Origin: Candidatus Aceula lacicola
GTDB lineage: Bacteria; Omnitrophota; Gorgyraeia; Zapsychrales; Aceulaceae
Length of the DNA: 64,000 nucleotides
NCBI GenBank assembly: GCA_030765785.1
Contig: JAVCCC010000048.1
Coordinates: forward strand, 872-64,871
Direction of reading: 5' to 3'
Shown here piece after piece: positions 31,393 to 41,560 of this stretch. Each line of letters begins with the position of its first letter. Position 1 is the first letter of the stretch. Position numbers and translations under genes: made by a program. Below the pieces are notes generated by a model that was given only the letters and a program-made list of their open reading frames with translations, was not told where the DNA came from and searched no databases.

Positions 31393-32484
31393 ATGCGAGA
31401 TTTAAGAATATCAATTGCAATTATTGTTACGGTGCTTCTTAGCGTGGGCGTTATAATGATTTTTAGTTCAAGCGGAATTTATGCGCTACAAGAATTAGGC
31501 TCGAGCACATATTTTTTGCAGCGGCATTTAGTTTATTTATGTGTAGGATTTATTCTTATGGCGCTTGTCATGGCTATGGATTATCGCTTGCTTTCGCAGT
31601 ATTCGAAACCAATCTTGATACTTTCAATTGTGACACTTGTTCTTGTCTTGATTCCAGGAATTGGAAAAGAAGTTTATGGAGCCCGGCGTTGGTTTCGATT
31701 TCTTGGTTTTGGATTTCAGCCTTCTGAGTTTGTAAAATTGGCGGTCGTAATTTATATGGCAGATTTCTTGGCTCGCAAACAAAATCGAATTAAGAGTTTT
31801 TTCTTTGGTTTTATCCCCGTGTTGTGTGTCTTAGGCGTTGTTTCTTTGCTCATTTTAAAGCAACCGGATCTTGGAACAACGGTATTAATTGCTATAGTTG
31901 TTTTCATAATGCTTTTTATTGCAGGAACGCGGATTGGATATTTGGCGAGCATTGTTTTTTTAAGCTTGCCTGCAGCATACTACTTAATCGCACTTGTTCC
32001 TTATCGGTTAAGACGCATCCAAGCGTTCTTAGATCCATGGAGCGATAAACAGGGCGCAGGTTTTCAACTTGTTCAATCTCAGATTGCTTTAGGCTCTGGG
32101 GGGATTTTTGGAATTGGGCTTGGAAAAAGTATGCAAAAATTGTTTTACCTTCCGGCAGCACATACAGATTTCATTTTATCCATTATCGGTGAAGAGCTTG
32201 GGCTTTTGGGGACAACAGCAATCGTTTTTCTTTTTGCTTTATTTGTTTGGCAAGGAGCAAGAATTGCTAAAAGAACGGAAGATCCATTTGGATACTTTCT
32301 GGCTATTGGGATTGTCGCTATGATTGGTTTGCAGGCGATTGTGAATATTGGTGTTAGCATCGGCGCTTTTCCGACGAAGGGTTTGCCGCTGCCGTTTATT
32401 AGCTATGGAGGCTCTGCGCTAATCATGCAAATGGTTTGCGTTGGAATTTTGCTTAATATTTCTAGAATACAAGATTTATTATAG
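31393..32484 (+). CDS. ftsW: SEDS-family peptidoglycan glycosyltransferase FtsW.
   Basis: 10-TM SEDS protein with conserved QPSEF and GSGG motifs; position between murD and murG. Confidence 0.85.
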   Translation: MRDLRISIAIIVTVLLSVGVIMIFSSSGIYALQELGSSTYFLQRHLVYLCVGFILMALVMAMDYRLLSQYSKPILILSIVTLVLVLIPGIGKEVYGARRWFRFLGFGFQPSEFVKLAVVIYMADFLARKQNRIKSFFFGFIPVLCVLGVVSLLILKQPDLGTTVLIAIVVFIMLFIAGTRIGYLASIVFLSLPAAYYLIALVPYRLRRIQAFLDPWSDKQGAGFQLVQSQIALGSGGIFGIGLGKSMQKLFYLPAAHTDFILSIIGEELGLLGTTAIVFLFALFVWQGARIAKRTEDPFGYFLAIGIVAMIGLQAIVNIGVSIGAFPTKGLPLPFISYGGSALIMQMVCVGILLNISRIQDLL

Positions 32485-32497
32485 AAAAAGGATGTTT

Positions 32498-33562
32498 ATG
32501 AAGATTATCATTGCAGCAGGAGGAACAGGAGGGCATGTGTTTCCTGCTGTTTCGGTTGCCAGAGAGCTAGTTAAACAAAACCAAGTTATTTTTTTCACAA
32601 CGGATGGGATTGCTTTTCAAATCATTAAGGATTCTGGGTTTGAGCCTTGGGCTGTATGCCAGAGAGGAATGTCGTCTGGAAATATTGTGATGTTTGCAAT
32701 AAGGATGATTCAAGCTATACGAGAATGCCTTTGCATTATTCTAAAAGTGTCACCTGATGCTGTTGTTGGCTTTGGCGGGTATCCGGCTTTTCCTATCGTC
32801 TTTTCTGCTTGGCTTTCAAGAATTCCCGTGTTGATTCACGAGCAGAACATTGTCCCTGGTAAGGCAAATCAGATGGCCGGTATGTTTGCAAATAGAATTG
32901 CAGTCAGCTTCCAAGAGACTAAGAAATACTTTTCTGATCAAAAATGTGTTTTAACGGGATGTCCATCTCGATTTCGTGACATAGAGAAACCAGCAGAGGA
33001 AGATTTTAGAAAGTTTGGTTTTAAACAAGAGAAGGTAACAATTTTGGTTTTTGGCGGAAGTCAGGCTAGCCAAAGAATTAATAGTATTTTTTCGGATGCA
33101 GCGGTTCTTCTGAAGGGAAACTTTAATTTTCAATTTATTCATCTTTCTGGAAAGGGTGATTATTATGCGTTGTATAAGAAGTATTTGAATAATAAATTGA
33201 ATTTTAAACTGTTTGATTTTCTGCAGGATATTGCACCGGCTTATCGCGTTGCTGATTTGGTTATCGCTCGTTCAGGAGCATCGACAATTTCGGAATTGAT
33301 TGTTTTTAAAAAGCCTTCAATTCTTATTCCTTATCCATCTGAGAAAGTGCACCAAAAAGAAAATGCTTTGGTTCTTTCAGCGGCAGGTGTCGCTACGATC
33401 ATCGAGGAGGCAAACCTTTCGGCATCACGTTTACACAACGAAATTATATCTTTTTTTAGAAAGAAAAGGTCACAGGCAAATTTTATGAAAAGTATGCAGC
33501 AGCTTCAAATGCCAGATTCAGAAAAGAAGTTGTCTCGAGAGATCGGTAAGCTAAAGAAATGA
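32498..33562 (+). CDS. murG: UDP-GlcNAc:lipid I GlcNAc transferase MurG. Start placed at MKIIIAAGG, which has a proper SD spacing.
   Basis: GT28 N-terminus IAAGGTGGHVFPA and C-terminal GGSQAS motif. Confidence 0.85.
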   Translation: MKIIIAAGGTGGHVFPAVSVARELVKQNQVIFFTTDGIAFQIIKDSGFEPWAVCQRGMSSGNIVMFAIRMIQAIRECLCIILKVSPDAVVGFGGYPAFPIVFSAWLSRIPVLIHEQNIVPGKANQMAGMFANRIAVSFQETKKYFSDQKCVLTGCPSRFRDIEKPAEEDFRKFGFKQEKVTILVFGGSQASQRINSIFSDAAVLLKGNFNFQFIHLSGKGDYYALYKKYLNNKLNFKLFDFLQDIAPAYRVADLVIARSGASTISELIVFKKPSILIPYPSEKVHQKENALVLSAAGVATIIEEANLSASRLHNEIISFFRKKRSQANFMKSMQQLQMPDSEKKLSREIGKLKK

Positions 33563-34332
33563 AGCGAATCACATATCTGTTACTTATAATTTTGTTTTTT
33601 GGTGTCATGCCGATATCGTCGGCATCTAATGAGTGGAATGATTTAAAGAGTCGTCATTTTATTATTTATTATAAAAATGCGCCTCGCGAATTTATTAAAA
33701 CGGTCGAGCAGTCCGCAGAGGATTATTATTTTGATATTGTTGACGAGCTCGGTTTCACACGTGATCAGATTTGGACATGGGACGAGCGTGTAAAGATTTA
33801 TATTTACGACAATCAGCAAGACTATCTCACATTAGCTCGACAAGCTAGCTGGTCTGCCGGATCAACAATGCTGGGATCAAAAGTGATTCGAACATTTCCT
33901 TCGGCGCACGGATTTTTTGACTCTTTATTGCCGCATGAATTAGGGCATATTATTTTTAGAGATTATGTTGGTTTTGAATCCAATATCCCGCTTTGGTTTG
34001 ACGAGGGTGTTGCGATGTATCAGGAAAAGGCAAAGCGTTGGGGAGCAAATCAGGAGGTTAAATCTGCTATTCAGGATAAAAGTTTTTGTAGTTTATCCGA
34101 TTTAAGGCTAACACGAAAATCATCTCAAAGTGATGTAAATTTGTTTTATGCAGAATCAGCCAGCGTCGTGTATTATTTAATTTCTGAATTTGGAAGCTTT
34201 AAATTCTTAAATTTTTGTCGTAATTTAAAAAAAGGTTTATCATTTAACCGAGCACTTAAGAAGTCATATTATCGCTTTGAAAATGTTAATGACTTGAATA
34301 AAACATGGGTTGGTTATTTAAAAAATGAATAA
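33559..34332 (+). CDS. Secreted putative zinc metallopeptidase (HExxH...E, Peptidase_MA-like) embedded in the dcw cluster.
   Basis: Signal peptide MKRITYLLLIILFFGVMPISSASNEW. HELGH with a downstream Glu in WFDEGVAMY, the gluzincin arrangement. Confidence 0.5.
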   Translation: MKRITYLLLIILFFGVMPISSASNEWNDLKSRHFIIYYKNAPREFIKTVEQSAEDYYFDIVDELGFTRDQIWTWDERVKIYIYDNQQDYLTLARQASWSAGSTMLGSKVIRTFPSAHGFFDSLLPHELGHIIFRDYVGFESNIPLWFDEGVAMYQEKAKRWGANQEVKSAIQDKSFCSLSDLRLTRKSSQSDVNLFYAESASVVYYLISEFGSFKFLNFCRNLKKGLSFNRALKKSYYRFENVNDLNKTWVGYLKNE

Positions 34333-35683
34333 ACATTATCACTTGATCGGTATTGGCGGTATTGGCGTTGGGACGCTGGCGTCTTTATTTTTAGATGACG
34401 GATTCGACGTGAGCGGATCTGATATCAAGGAAAACGACATGACAATGTCCTTGAGAGAAAAAGGAGCTAATATTTCTATAGGGCATAAGGCGGAAAATAT
34501 CTTAAGTCCGGATTGCGTGATTTACTCTTCAGCCATTTCAAAGGATAATTCTGAGATAGCAGAGGCGCAAAGGAAGAATATTCCTGTTGTCAAAAGAGGG
34601 CAAGCTCTCGCAGAGCTAGTTCGAACTAAAGAGGCAAGTGTCATCGCCGGAGCTCATGGCAAAACAACAACAAGCGCTTTGGTTGCACATATTTTAAAAG
34701 AGGGAGGGCTTGATCCTGCGGCTGCGATTGGAGGCGTTATTGAAAATGGTGGATACAGTGGGCGTTCAGGAAAGGGTAAGCATTTTGTTGTTGAAGCAGA
34801 TGAGAGCGATGGATCGTTTTTATATTTTTTTCCAAAATATGCCATTATTACGAATGCCGATCTTGAACACGTAGATTTTTATGAGAATTGGGATAATATC
34901 ATAAAGGCGTATGCAAAATTTATTGCGCAGATTGATCTGAATGGACATCTTTTTTATTGTGGAGACGATTCGGTTTTACGTAGTTTAGCTTGTGAATTTA
35001 AAGGACAGAAAACAAGTTATGGATTCGATAAGGACAATGACATTTTTGCCGATAAAGTGATGTGTTCCGGGTTTCAATCAAAGTTTTGTTGTATTTTAGG
35101 CGGAGAAAGAAAGGGAGACATTCAGCTTAATATTCCTGGACGTCATAATATTTGTAATGCACTTGCGGCTATTGGTCTAGCTTTAAAATTAGGTGTTTGC
35201 TTTGAATTAATACAAAAAAGTTTAGAAAGTTTTAAAGGTGTTCAAAGGCGTTTTTCCCATCATGGTGATTTTAATGGCATTTCCGTTGTTGATGATTATG
35301 CGCATCATCCTAAGGAAATTCTTTCGACTATCGAGGCTGCGAAGACATTTGACAAAAAAAGAATTTTTGTTATCTTTCAGCCGCACCGGTATTCTCGAAC
35401 AAAATATTTTAAGGATGACTTTGTTGATGCCCTAAAGGAGTGTGATCAGCTTGTCATCACAGATATTTATAGCGCCAGCGAAAAAGAGCAGAAGCAAATC
35501 ACGCCAAACATGATTTGTGAAGACATCAATAGGGCTAAGGCGGGGTTGGCTGTTTATAAGGAGTACAATGAAGTTGTTCCGCATATTTTAGAGAATGCTT
35601 TGTCTGGCGATTTGGTTTTATTCTTAGGCGCAGGGGATATTAATCGGCTTGCTGATGAGCTGGCTAATCAGTTAAGAAAATAA
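34325..35683 (+). CDS. murC: UDP-N-acetylmuramate--L-alanine ligase.
   Basis: IGIGGIGV start; Mur P-loop GAHGKTTTS. Confidence 0.85.
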   Translation: MNKHYHLIGIGGIGVGTLASLFLDDGFDVSGSDIKENDMTMSLREKGANISIGHKAENILSPDCVIYSSAISKDNSEIAEAQRKNIPVVKRGQALAELVRTKEASVIAGAHGKTTTSALVAHILKEGGLDPAAAIGGVIENGGYSGRSGKGKHFVVEADESDGSFLYFFPKYAIITNADLEHVDFYENWDNIIKAYAKFIAQIDLNGHLFYCGDDSVLRSLACEFKGQKTSYGFDKDNDIFADKVMCSGFQSKFCCILGGERKGDIQLNIPGRHNICNALAAIGLALKLGVCFELIQKSLESFKGVQRRFSHHGDFNGISVVDDYAHHPKEILSTIEAAKTFDKKRIFVIFQPHRYSRTKYFKDDFVDALKECDQLVITDIYSASEKEQKQITPNMICEDINRAKAGLAVYKEYNEVVPHILENALSGDLVLFLGAGDINRLADELANQLRK

Positions 35684-35693
35684 GAGAAGAATT

Positions 35694-36677
35694 ATGTTTT
35701 ATATGAATCAGGATTTTAAAATTAATAAAGACATTTTCTCAAGACGCGTTGGCGTCTTAATGGGAGGGTGTTCATCTGAGAGGAACATCTCGATTAAATC
35801 AGGAACAGCGGTTGCTAAGGCCCTCAAAGATGGCGGATGCAATGTTGTGTCGATTGACATCACTTCTGAAGATAGGACAAAAGTGATTGAGCAATTGGTT
35901 GCTGAGAAGATTGACATTGCATTTATCGCCCTTCATGGACGATTTGGCGAGGATGGAAAAATTCAAGAAATTTTGAAATCTTTAAATATTCCATATACTG
36001 GATCTGGGCCAAAGGCTAACAGCTTAGCGATTAGTAAAATTTTGACCTATCGAGCGCTTAAAAATGAGGGAGTTTTGGTTCCGGCGCATATTGCTCTTTT
36101 TTTAGAATTTGATGATTATCAGAAAATCATTAGTGAGAAATTTCAAGGGCACCCAGTTGTAGTTAAGCCTTGCTCGGAAGGTTCTAGTATAGGTATTAGT
36201 ATTATTACAAATTATAATAATTTAAATGATGCGATAAAGAGAGCTTTTTGCTATGATAAAGAAGTTATTGTTGAGCAATATGTTTCAGGGAAAGAGCTTA
36301 CAGTAGGAATTTTAGGAACACAGGCTTTGCCGGTTGTCGAAATTCAGCCAAAAAATGATTTTTTTGATTTTTCAGCTAAATATGAAGCCGGAACAACTGA
36401 ATATATCGTTCCTGCTGAGATTGACAATGCCCTATCAGAAAAAGTTAAAGATATTGCTCAAAAAGTGCATCAGGCTCTGGGATGCGTTGATCTTTCTCGG
36501 GTTGACTTTATTTTAGATAAAAATGATAATCCGTATGTTTTGGAATTGAATACAATTCCAGGGATGACGGCCACAAGCCTTCTCCCAAAGGCTGCCTCAG
36601 CAGTGGGTATTGATTTTGTCCAACTTTGTTTAACACTTATACATTTGACCTATGGCACGAAAACCAAAAAGACGTAA
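35694..36677 (+). CDS. ddl: D-alanine--D-alanine ligase.
   Basis: ATP-grasp Ddl motifs (VLMGGCSSERNISIKSG, HGRFGEDG, ELNTIPGMT). Confidence 0.85.
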   Translation: MFYMNQDFKINKDIFSRRVGVLMGGCSSERNISIKSGTAVAKALKDGGCNVVSIDITSEDRTKVIEQLVAEKIDIAFIALHGRFGEDGKIQEILKSLNIPYTGSGPKANSLAISKILTYRALKNEGVLVPAHIALFLEFDDYQKIISEKFQGHPVVVKPCSEGSSIGISIITNYNNLNDAIKRAFCYDKEVIVEQYVSGKELTVGILGTQALPVVEIQPKNDFFDFSAKYEAGTTEYIVPAEIDNALSEKVKDIAQKVHQALGCVDLSRVDFILDKNDNPYVLELNTIPGMTATSLLPKAASAVGIDFVQLCLTLIHLTYGTKTKKT

Positions 36678-37431
36678 AAAGCAAAAATTTAGTTTTTCAT
36701 TTTTCGGAAGCCCGATTATTCGCTATGCGGTTGCATTTCTTTTTTTAGCATTCATTGTTTTTGTTTCCGCAAGAAAAATTTATTGGATGTTTAAGGATTT
36801 TTCTTATTTTCAAGTTCAGAAGATTATTTCTTTGTCGGGAGAGAATTTTAAAGATCAAGAGCGTTTTTCTTATTTAAAGGGAAAAAATATTTTTGAAATT
36901 GATTTAGTTGAGCTTCAAAAACAGCTCAAGTGGGCTTATCCTCAGGCAGAGCGCATTCGGGCATTAAGGCGTCTTCCAGATGCGATTGCAATTGATCTGA
37001 TTGAGCGAACGCCTGCCGCTTCTGTTTACATTAATCGGGTAACCGTTGTGGTTGATTCAGATGGATTTGTTGTTTCAAAAACTTTGAAGAATAAGAGGCT
37101 GCCATTAATTTCGGGTATTCCAAATCGTGCTGGCAATGTCCTTGTTGGACGAGCTATTCCAGACAAAAGCCTCCAGACTGCACTTTTGATTTTAAAGACG
37201 TTTGTAAAAGAATCTATTTTTTTAGATGTTCATTTGAAAAAGATTAATGTTGGGAATCTATCAAAGATTTATTGTTATTTTAGCAATGGGATTGAGATTA
37301 TTGTTGACCAGGATGATATTGTTAAGAAAGTTAAAAGTTTAAAGATGATTGCTGGTAAGGCAAATCTAGAGATTTCTAATATTCGTTATATCGATTTGCG
37401 TTTTAAAGAGCCGGTTATTAAAGAAAAATGA
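36652..37431 (+). CDS. ftsQ: Cell division protein FtsQ/DivIB-like (basic N-terminus, one TM, POTRA-like periplasmic domain).
   Basis: MARKPKRRKKQK basic tail, TM AVAFLFLAFIVFV; position between ddl and ftsA. Confidence 0.55.
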   Translation: MARKPKRRKKQKFSFSFFGSPIIRYAVAFLFLAFIVFVSARKIYWMFKDFSYFQVQKIISLSGENFKDQERFSYLKGKNIFEIDLVELQKQLKWAYPQAERIRALRRLPDAIAIDLIERTPAASVYINRVTVVVDSDGFVVSKTLKNKRLPLISGIPNRAGNVLVGRAIPDKSLQTALLILKTFVKESIFLDVHLKKINVGNLSKIYCYFSNGIEIIVDQDDIVKKVKSLKMIAGKANLEISNIRYIDLRFKEPVIKEK

Positions 37432-38654
37432 TTAAAGAAAAAATATATTGTGGGCTTGATTTAGGGTGTCAAAAAATCAAGGCTAGTATTATGCGTGCTC
37501 AAAAAGATCATGTGGATCTTCTGGGCGTTTCGCAGCTTAATACGCAAGGGCTGACAAGTTCATCCGTAAGTGATTTGCGAGAACTGTGCGACTGCATTCA
37601 TAGAATTTTATCCGGTTTGGCAAAGAAGACTGGAACAAAGGTTAAAAATATTAATTTGGGTTTTGGGGGACGTCTGATCGATAGCCGAGAAAGTCATGTG
37701 GTTGTTCCTTTGACAGACAGAGGAAGCAAGGTGATCACCTCGTTCGACCTTCGAAAAATTAATCGGCAAACTTGCCTTTTAGGTGTTGATTTGGATGAAC
37801 GATTATTCCATAATTTTCCGACGAAATATATTATTGATGGGTTTAATATCGCGACAAACCCTCTAGGGCTTTATGGACGCAAGATTGAGGCTAATAGCCT
37901 TTTGCTTGTTGCAAAGAATAATCTAGTTAACAATATGTACAAAGCTGTAAATCAAGCTGGCTTTGAGGTTTTGAATGTATTTTTTTCGTCTTTGTCGGCA
38001 GCAAAAGTTTGTCTTTCATCTCAACAAAAAAAGGATGGCTGCCTTTTTATTAGCATTGGCACAGAGGCAACAGATCTTTTATTTTTTAAGGACTATCTTC
38101 TCAAGGCCGTGCGCATTATTTCTTGGGGAGGGAATCATCTGACAAATGAAATTAGTGGAGCGCTTGGCCTTCCATTTGATTTGGCGGAGGATATCAAGCG
38201 CTCGTATGCTGTTGTTCCAGATCGTAGCAGCGAACAGGAAGAAGGTGAAATTTTAGTTAAACGGGATTCTGGATATATTCCAATACAGCGTTTAGATATT
38301 TCAAAGGCAATTTGTTTTTCTGTGAAAGAATTTATTTCTCAGATTTGCGAAGCTATAAAGAGTGTAGAGATTGGTAGTCATTTATCGGCTGGAATTGTTA
38401 TGAGTGGAGGGGGATCACTTTTACCTGGATTGCTTGAATGCATTGAGAAGGAAACTAAGCTTTCAACACATATGGGAAAAGTTAGCGTTGAGTCCAGACG
38501 TTTAAGTAGCCCGTCTGTTTATGCGGCTTCAATAGGGCTTGCGCAAGAGAGTCGTAAAGATTTGTTGAATAATATTTTTTCATCAAACGGGAATGCGTTA
38601 GTGTTTAAGCGTTTTTCGAATAGAGTTAAAGAAATTTATCAGGAGTATTTCTAA
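37428..38654 (+). CDS. ftsA: Actin-like cell division protein FtsA.
   Basis: Actin/HSP70 phosphate-1 motif (GLDLGCQKIKASI); SGGGSLLPGL near the C-terminus (actin-fold region). Confidence 0.7.
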   Translation: MIKEKIYCGLDLGCQKIKASIMRAQKDHVDLLGVSQLNTQGLTSSSVSDLRELCDCIHRILSGLAKKTGTKVKNINLGFGGRLIDSRESHVVVPLTDRGSKVITSFDLRKINRQTCLLGVDLDERLFHNFPTKYIIDGFNIATNPLGLYGRKIEANSLLLVAKNNLVNNMYKAVNQAGFEVLNVFFSSLSAAKVCLSSQQKKDGCLFISIGTEATDLLFFKDYLLKAVRIISWGGNHLTNEISGALGLPFDLAEDIKRSYAVVPDRSSEQEEGEILVKRDSGYIPIQRLDISKAICFSVKEFISQICEAIKSVEIGSHLSAGIVMSGGGSLLPGLLECIEKETKLSTHMGKVSVESRRLSSPSVYAASIGLAQESRKDLLNNIFSSNGNALVFKRFSNRVKEIYQEYF

Positions 38655-38656
38655 AA

Positions 38657-39628
38657 ATGAATGATTTAAAGAAATCGCGTGTTGCAGTAACTGGCGGAGC
38701 AGGATGCATTGGTTCTTTTGTTGTTGATGAGGTGATTAAACGAGGGGTTAAGGAAGTCGTTATTGTTGACAATTTTACTCGAGGATTAAAAAAGAATATT
38801 GAGCCAGCGATAGCTTCGGGTTGTGCTCGGCTAGTCGATGGAGACATTAGAGACTTTGATTTAATGAAAAAAACATTTAAAGGAATTGACTATTGTTTTC
38901 ATTTGGCGTCATTAAAGATTATTCAGTGCGTTGATGAGCCGCGTCACGCCTTAGAGGTAAACGTTGATGGAACATTTAATGTTCTTGAGGCTTGCGCAGA
39001 CAATAATGTGAAGAAAGCTGTATTTTCGTCCACGGCGTCCATTTATGGACAAGCAGATATTTTTCCTATCAAGGAAACACATCATCCTTATAACAGTCAC
39101 ACGCTTTATGGTGCGTTTAAGGTTGCAAATGAGTTGATGTTTCAATCTTTTTATCAGATGAGAGGGCTGAAGTTTAATACGCTTAGGTATTTTAATGTAT
39201 TCGGTCCTCGCATGGACGCGCATGGAAAATATACAGAGGTTTTAATTCGATGGTATCGCTTGATCAAGGAAGGTAAACAGCCGTTGATTTATGGTGACGG
39301 AAAGCAAACGATGGATTTTATTTATGTTGAGGATGTTGCAAGGGCAACCGTTTTGGCGCTTACAGCAGATATTTATAATGGAGTTTTTAATTGCGCAAAT
39401 GGGAAAGAGACGTCGCTAGAGGAGCTTTGTTGTGCATTGCTTGAGGTGATGGGTTCTGATTTAAAGCCAAAATATGTGCCGATACCAGAGGATCGAAATA
39501 AAATTGAAGTGATACGTCGCTTGGCAGATGTTTCAAAGGCGAAAGAAGAGATTAATTTTAAAGCACAAGTGACCTTAAAAGAAGGATTAAAGGAATTGGT
39601 GAAATGGCTGGAAACTCAGAAAATGTAA
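38657..39628 (+). CDS. NAD-dependent sugar-nucleotide epimerase/dehydratase of the UXS/ArnA-C-terminal type (UDP-glucuronate decarboxylase-like).
   Basis: GGAGCIGSFVVD Rossmann, DNFTRG, catalytic YGAFK. RYFNVFGPRMD matches the RIFNTFGPRM block of the UDP-xylose synthase/ArnA decarboxylase family rather than GalE. Confidence 0.65.
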   Translation: MNDLKKSRVAVTGGAGCIGSFVVDEVIKRGVKEVVIVDNFTRGLKKNIEPAIASGCARLVDGDIRDFDLMKKTFKGIDYCFHLASLKIIQCVDEPRHALEVNVDGTFNVLEACADNNVKKAVFSSTASIYGQADIFPIKETHHPYNSHTLYGAFKVANELMFQSFYQMRGLKFNTLRYFNVFGPRMDAHGKYTEVLIRWYRLIKEGKQPLIYGDGKQTMDFIYVEDVARATVLALTADIYNGVFNCANGKETSLEELCCALLEVMGSDLKPKYVPIPEDRNKIEVIRRLADVSKAKEEINFKAQVTLKEGLKELVKWLETQKM

Positions 39629-40887
39629 AGAAAATAATACCGATTACACGTCCGTTTTTTGGTGAAGAGGAGGTCGGTGCGGCATCCGAAGTCATTCGTT
39701 CAGGGTGGGTGACGCAAGGCCCTAAGGTAAAAGAATTTGAAGATGTTTTTGCTTCTTATGTTGGGTCAAAACATGCATGTGCTGTATCAAATTGCACAGC
39801 CGCACTTCATTTGGCTTTGTTAGCCGTTGGTGTTAAGCCAGGAGACGTTGTTATTACGGTCAGCCATTCTTTTATTGCAACGGCTAATAGTGCACGATAT
39901 TGTGGCGGTGAGCCAGTCTTTATCGATGTTGAAAAAGATGGTTTTAATATGTGCCCACAAGCCTTGAAGCAATTTTTGTCTAGTGAATGTGAGAAGCGGC
40001 CAAGCGGTTTGTTTTATAAAAACGTCAGCAAGCTTATTCGAAGCGAGTCGCCTTTATCGAGCCTCATTGGGGATGATAAAGGAAAGGTTGAGAATTTTGG
40101 GCGTATTGCTGCCATTGTTGTTGTTCATCAACTTGGCATTCCGTGTAATTTAAAAGAAATTTTGCCGATTGCGCAATCATATAAGATTCCTGTTGTTGAA
40201 GATGCAGCGTATGGAACGGGAAGCGAAATATCTTTGGATGATGGAAAAACATGGGAAAGAATTGGAAAGCCGCATGGAGATATTGCTTGCTTTTCATTTC
40301 ATCCAAGAAAGCCTATCGTGACAGGAGAGGGCGGTATGCTAACGACGAGCAATGAGGAATATGATGCATTATTTCGTCTGCTGCGGCATCAGGGCATGGC
40401 CGTATCCGACCTTGTTCGGCATCAATCAAAGAAAATTATCATCGAAGATTATATTGTGACTGGATATAACTATCGAATGACAGATATTCAGGCTGCTATT
40501 GGTATTGAGCAGTTAAAGCGATTGCCAGAGATGATGTGTCGAAAAAAAGAGGCAGCTCGGTTTTATTCTGAAAATCTCTCAGATATTTCTTGGCTAGAAA
40601 TATTTAAAGATTTATCTTATGCTCGCAGCAATGCGCATAATTATCCAGTTTTAATTGATAAGAACTCGCCAATGGATCGTGATTCTTTGATGCAGCACCT
40701 ATTGGATCGAGGTATTTCAACGCGCCCATGTGTTATGAATTCTCACTATGAAATTCCATACCGGTCCGATTTATGGTCGTTGCCAAATTCTGAAAACGCA
40801 AGGGACAACGGTCTTCTCTTGCCTATGTTTTATGAAATCACCGATGATGATCTTAAGAAAATAGTTGAGGAATTTAGAAATGTCTAA
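39604..40887 (+). CDS. DegT/DnrJ/EryC1/ArnB-family PLP-dependent sugar aminotransferase.
   Basis: PLP-lysine context FSFHPRKPIVTGEGGML. Overall DegT fold, with an approximately 45-aa insertion. Confidence 0.8.
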   Translation: MAGNSENVKKIIPITRPFFGEEEVGAASEVIRSGWVTQGPKVKEFEDVFASYVGSKHACAVSNCTAALHLALLAVGVKPGDVVITVSHSFIATANSARYCGGEPVFIDVEKDGFNMCPQALKQFLSSECEKRPSGLFYKNVSKLIRSESPLSSLIGDDKGKVENFGRIAAIVVVHQLGIPCNLKEILPIAQSYKIPVVEDAAYGTGSEISLDDGKTWERIGKPHGDIACFSFHPRKPIVTGEGGMLTTSNEEYDALFRLLRHQGMAVSDLVRHQSKKIIIEDYIVTGYNYRMTDIQAAIGIEQLKRLPEMMCRKKEAARFYSENLSDISWLEIFKDLSYARSNAHNYPVLIDKNSPMDRDSLMQHLLDRGISTRPCVMNSHYEIPYRSDLWSLPNSENARDNGLLLPMFYEITDDDLKKIVEEFRNV

Positions 40888-41533
40888 GAAATTACTCTTG
40901 TTTCCTTTTGGAGGTAGTGCGCGAGAAGCGTTTGTGACAATTCAGTCTTGTCCAGCCTTAGCGACCGAGTGGGATGTCATTGGTTTTGTCGATGATAATC
41001 CAGAAGCAAGAGAAAAAGAATGCTGTGGCGTTAAGGTTTTAGGAGGGCGCGAAGTTTTTGATGAGCATAAAGATGCTTATGTTTTAGCTGTTCCGGCACA
41101 TCCAGATATTTATTTAAAAAGAAAAGAAATCATTGATGGACTTAATATTGATTCCAAAAGATGGGCAACCATTGTTCATTCGTCTTGTGTTGTTTCTGAA
41201 GATACCAACATTGGAATAAATACTATTGTAATGCCTTTTGGCTTTGTTAGCACAAAAGTAAATATTGGAAATCATTGCGTTGTTTTATCAAGATCTATTA
41301 TTTCACACGATGTCCGTATTGCAGATTATTGTTGTTTTGGAGGGCATGTTACGATTTCTGGATCTGTGAAAGTTGACGAACAATCTTACATTGGGTCGTC
41401 TGTTACGATTCGTGAAAATATTCATATTGGAGAAAAGAGTTTAGTGGGAATGGGTTCCAATGTGATTTCAGATGTTGGCGCAAAGACAGTTGTTGCAGGA
41501 AACCCTGCAAAGGAAATTCGAAAAGCCGAATAA
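40865..41533 (+). CDS. PglD/NeuD-like hexapeptide-repeat sugar N-acetyltransferase.
   Basis: N-terminal Rossmann-like LLFPFGGSARE. C-terminal left-handed beta-helix hexapeptide repeats (IGNHCVV, IADYCCFGGHVTISGSV, IGSSVTIREN). Confidence 0.65.
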   Translation: MRNLEMSKKLLLFPFGGSAREAFVTIQSCPALATEWDVIGFVDDNPEAREKECCGVKVLGGREVFDEHKDAYVLAVPAHPDIYLKRKEIIDGLNIDSKRWATIVHSSCVVSEDTNIGINTIVMPFGFVSTKVNIGNHCVVLSRSIISHDVRIADYCCFGGHVTISGSVKVDEQSYIGSSVTIRENIHIGEKSLVGMGSNVISDVGAKTVVAGNPAKEIRKAE

Positions 41534-41560
41534 CAAAACAAATTAATCAAGGAAGCGCAT

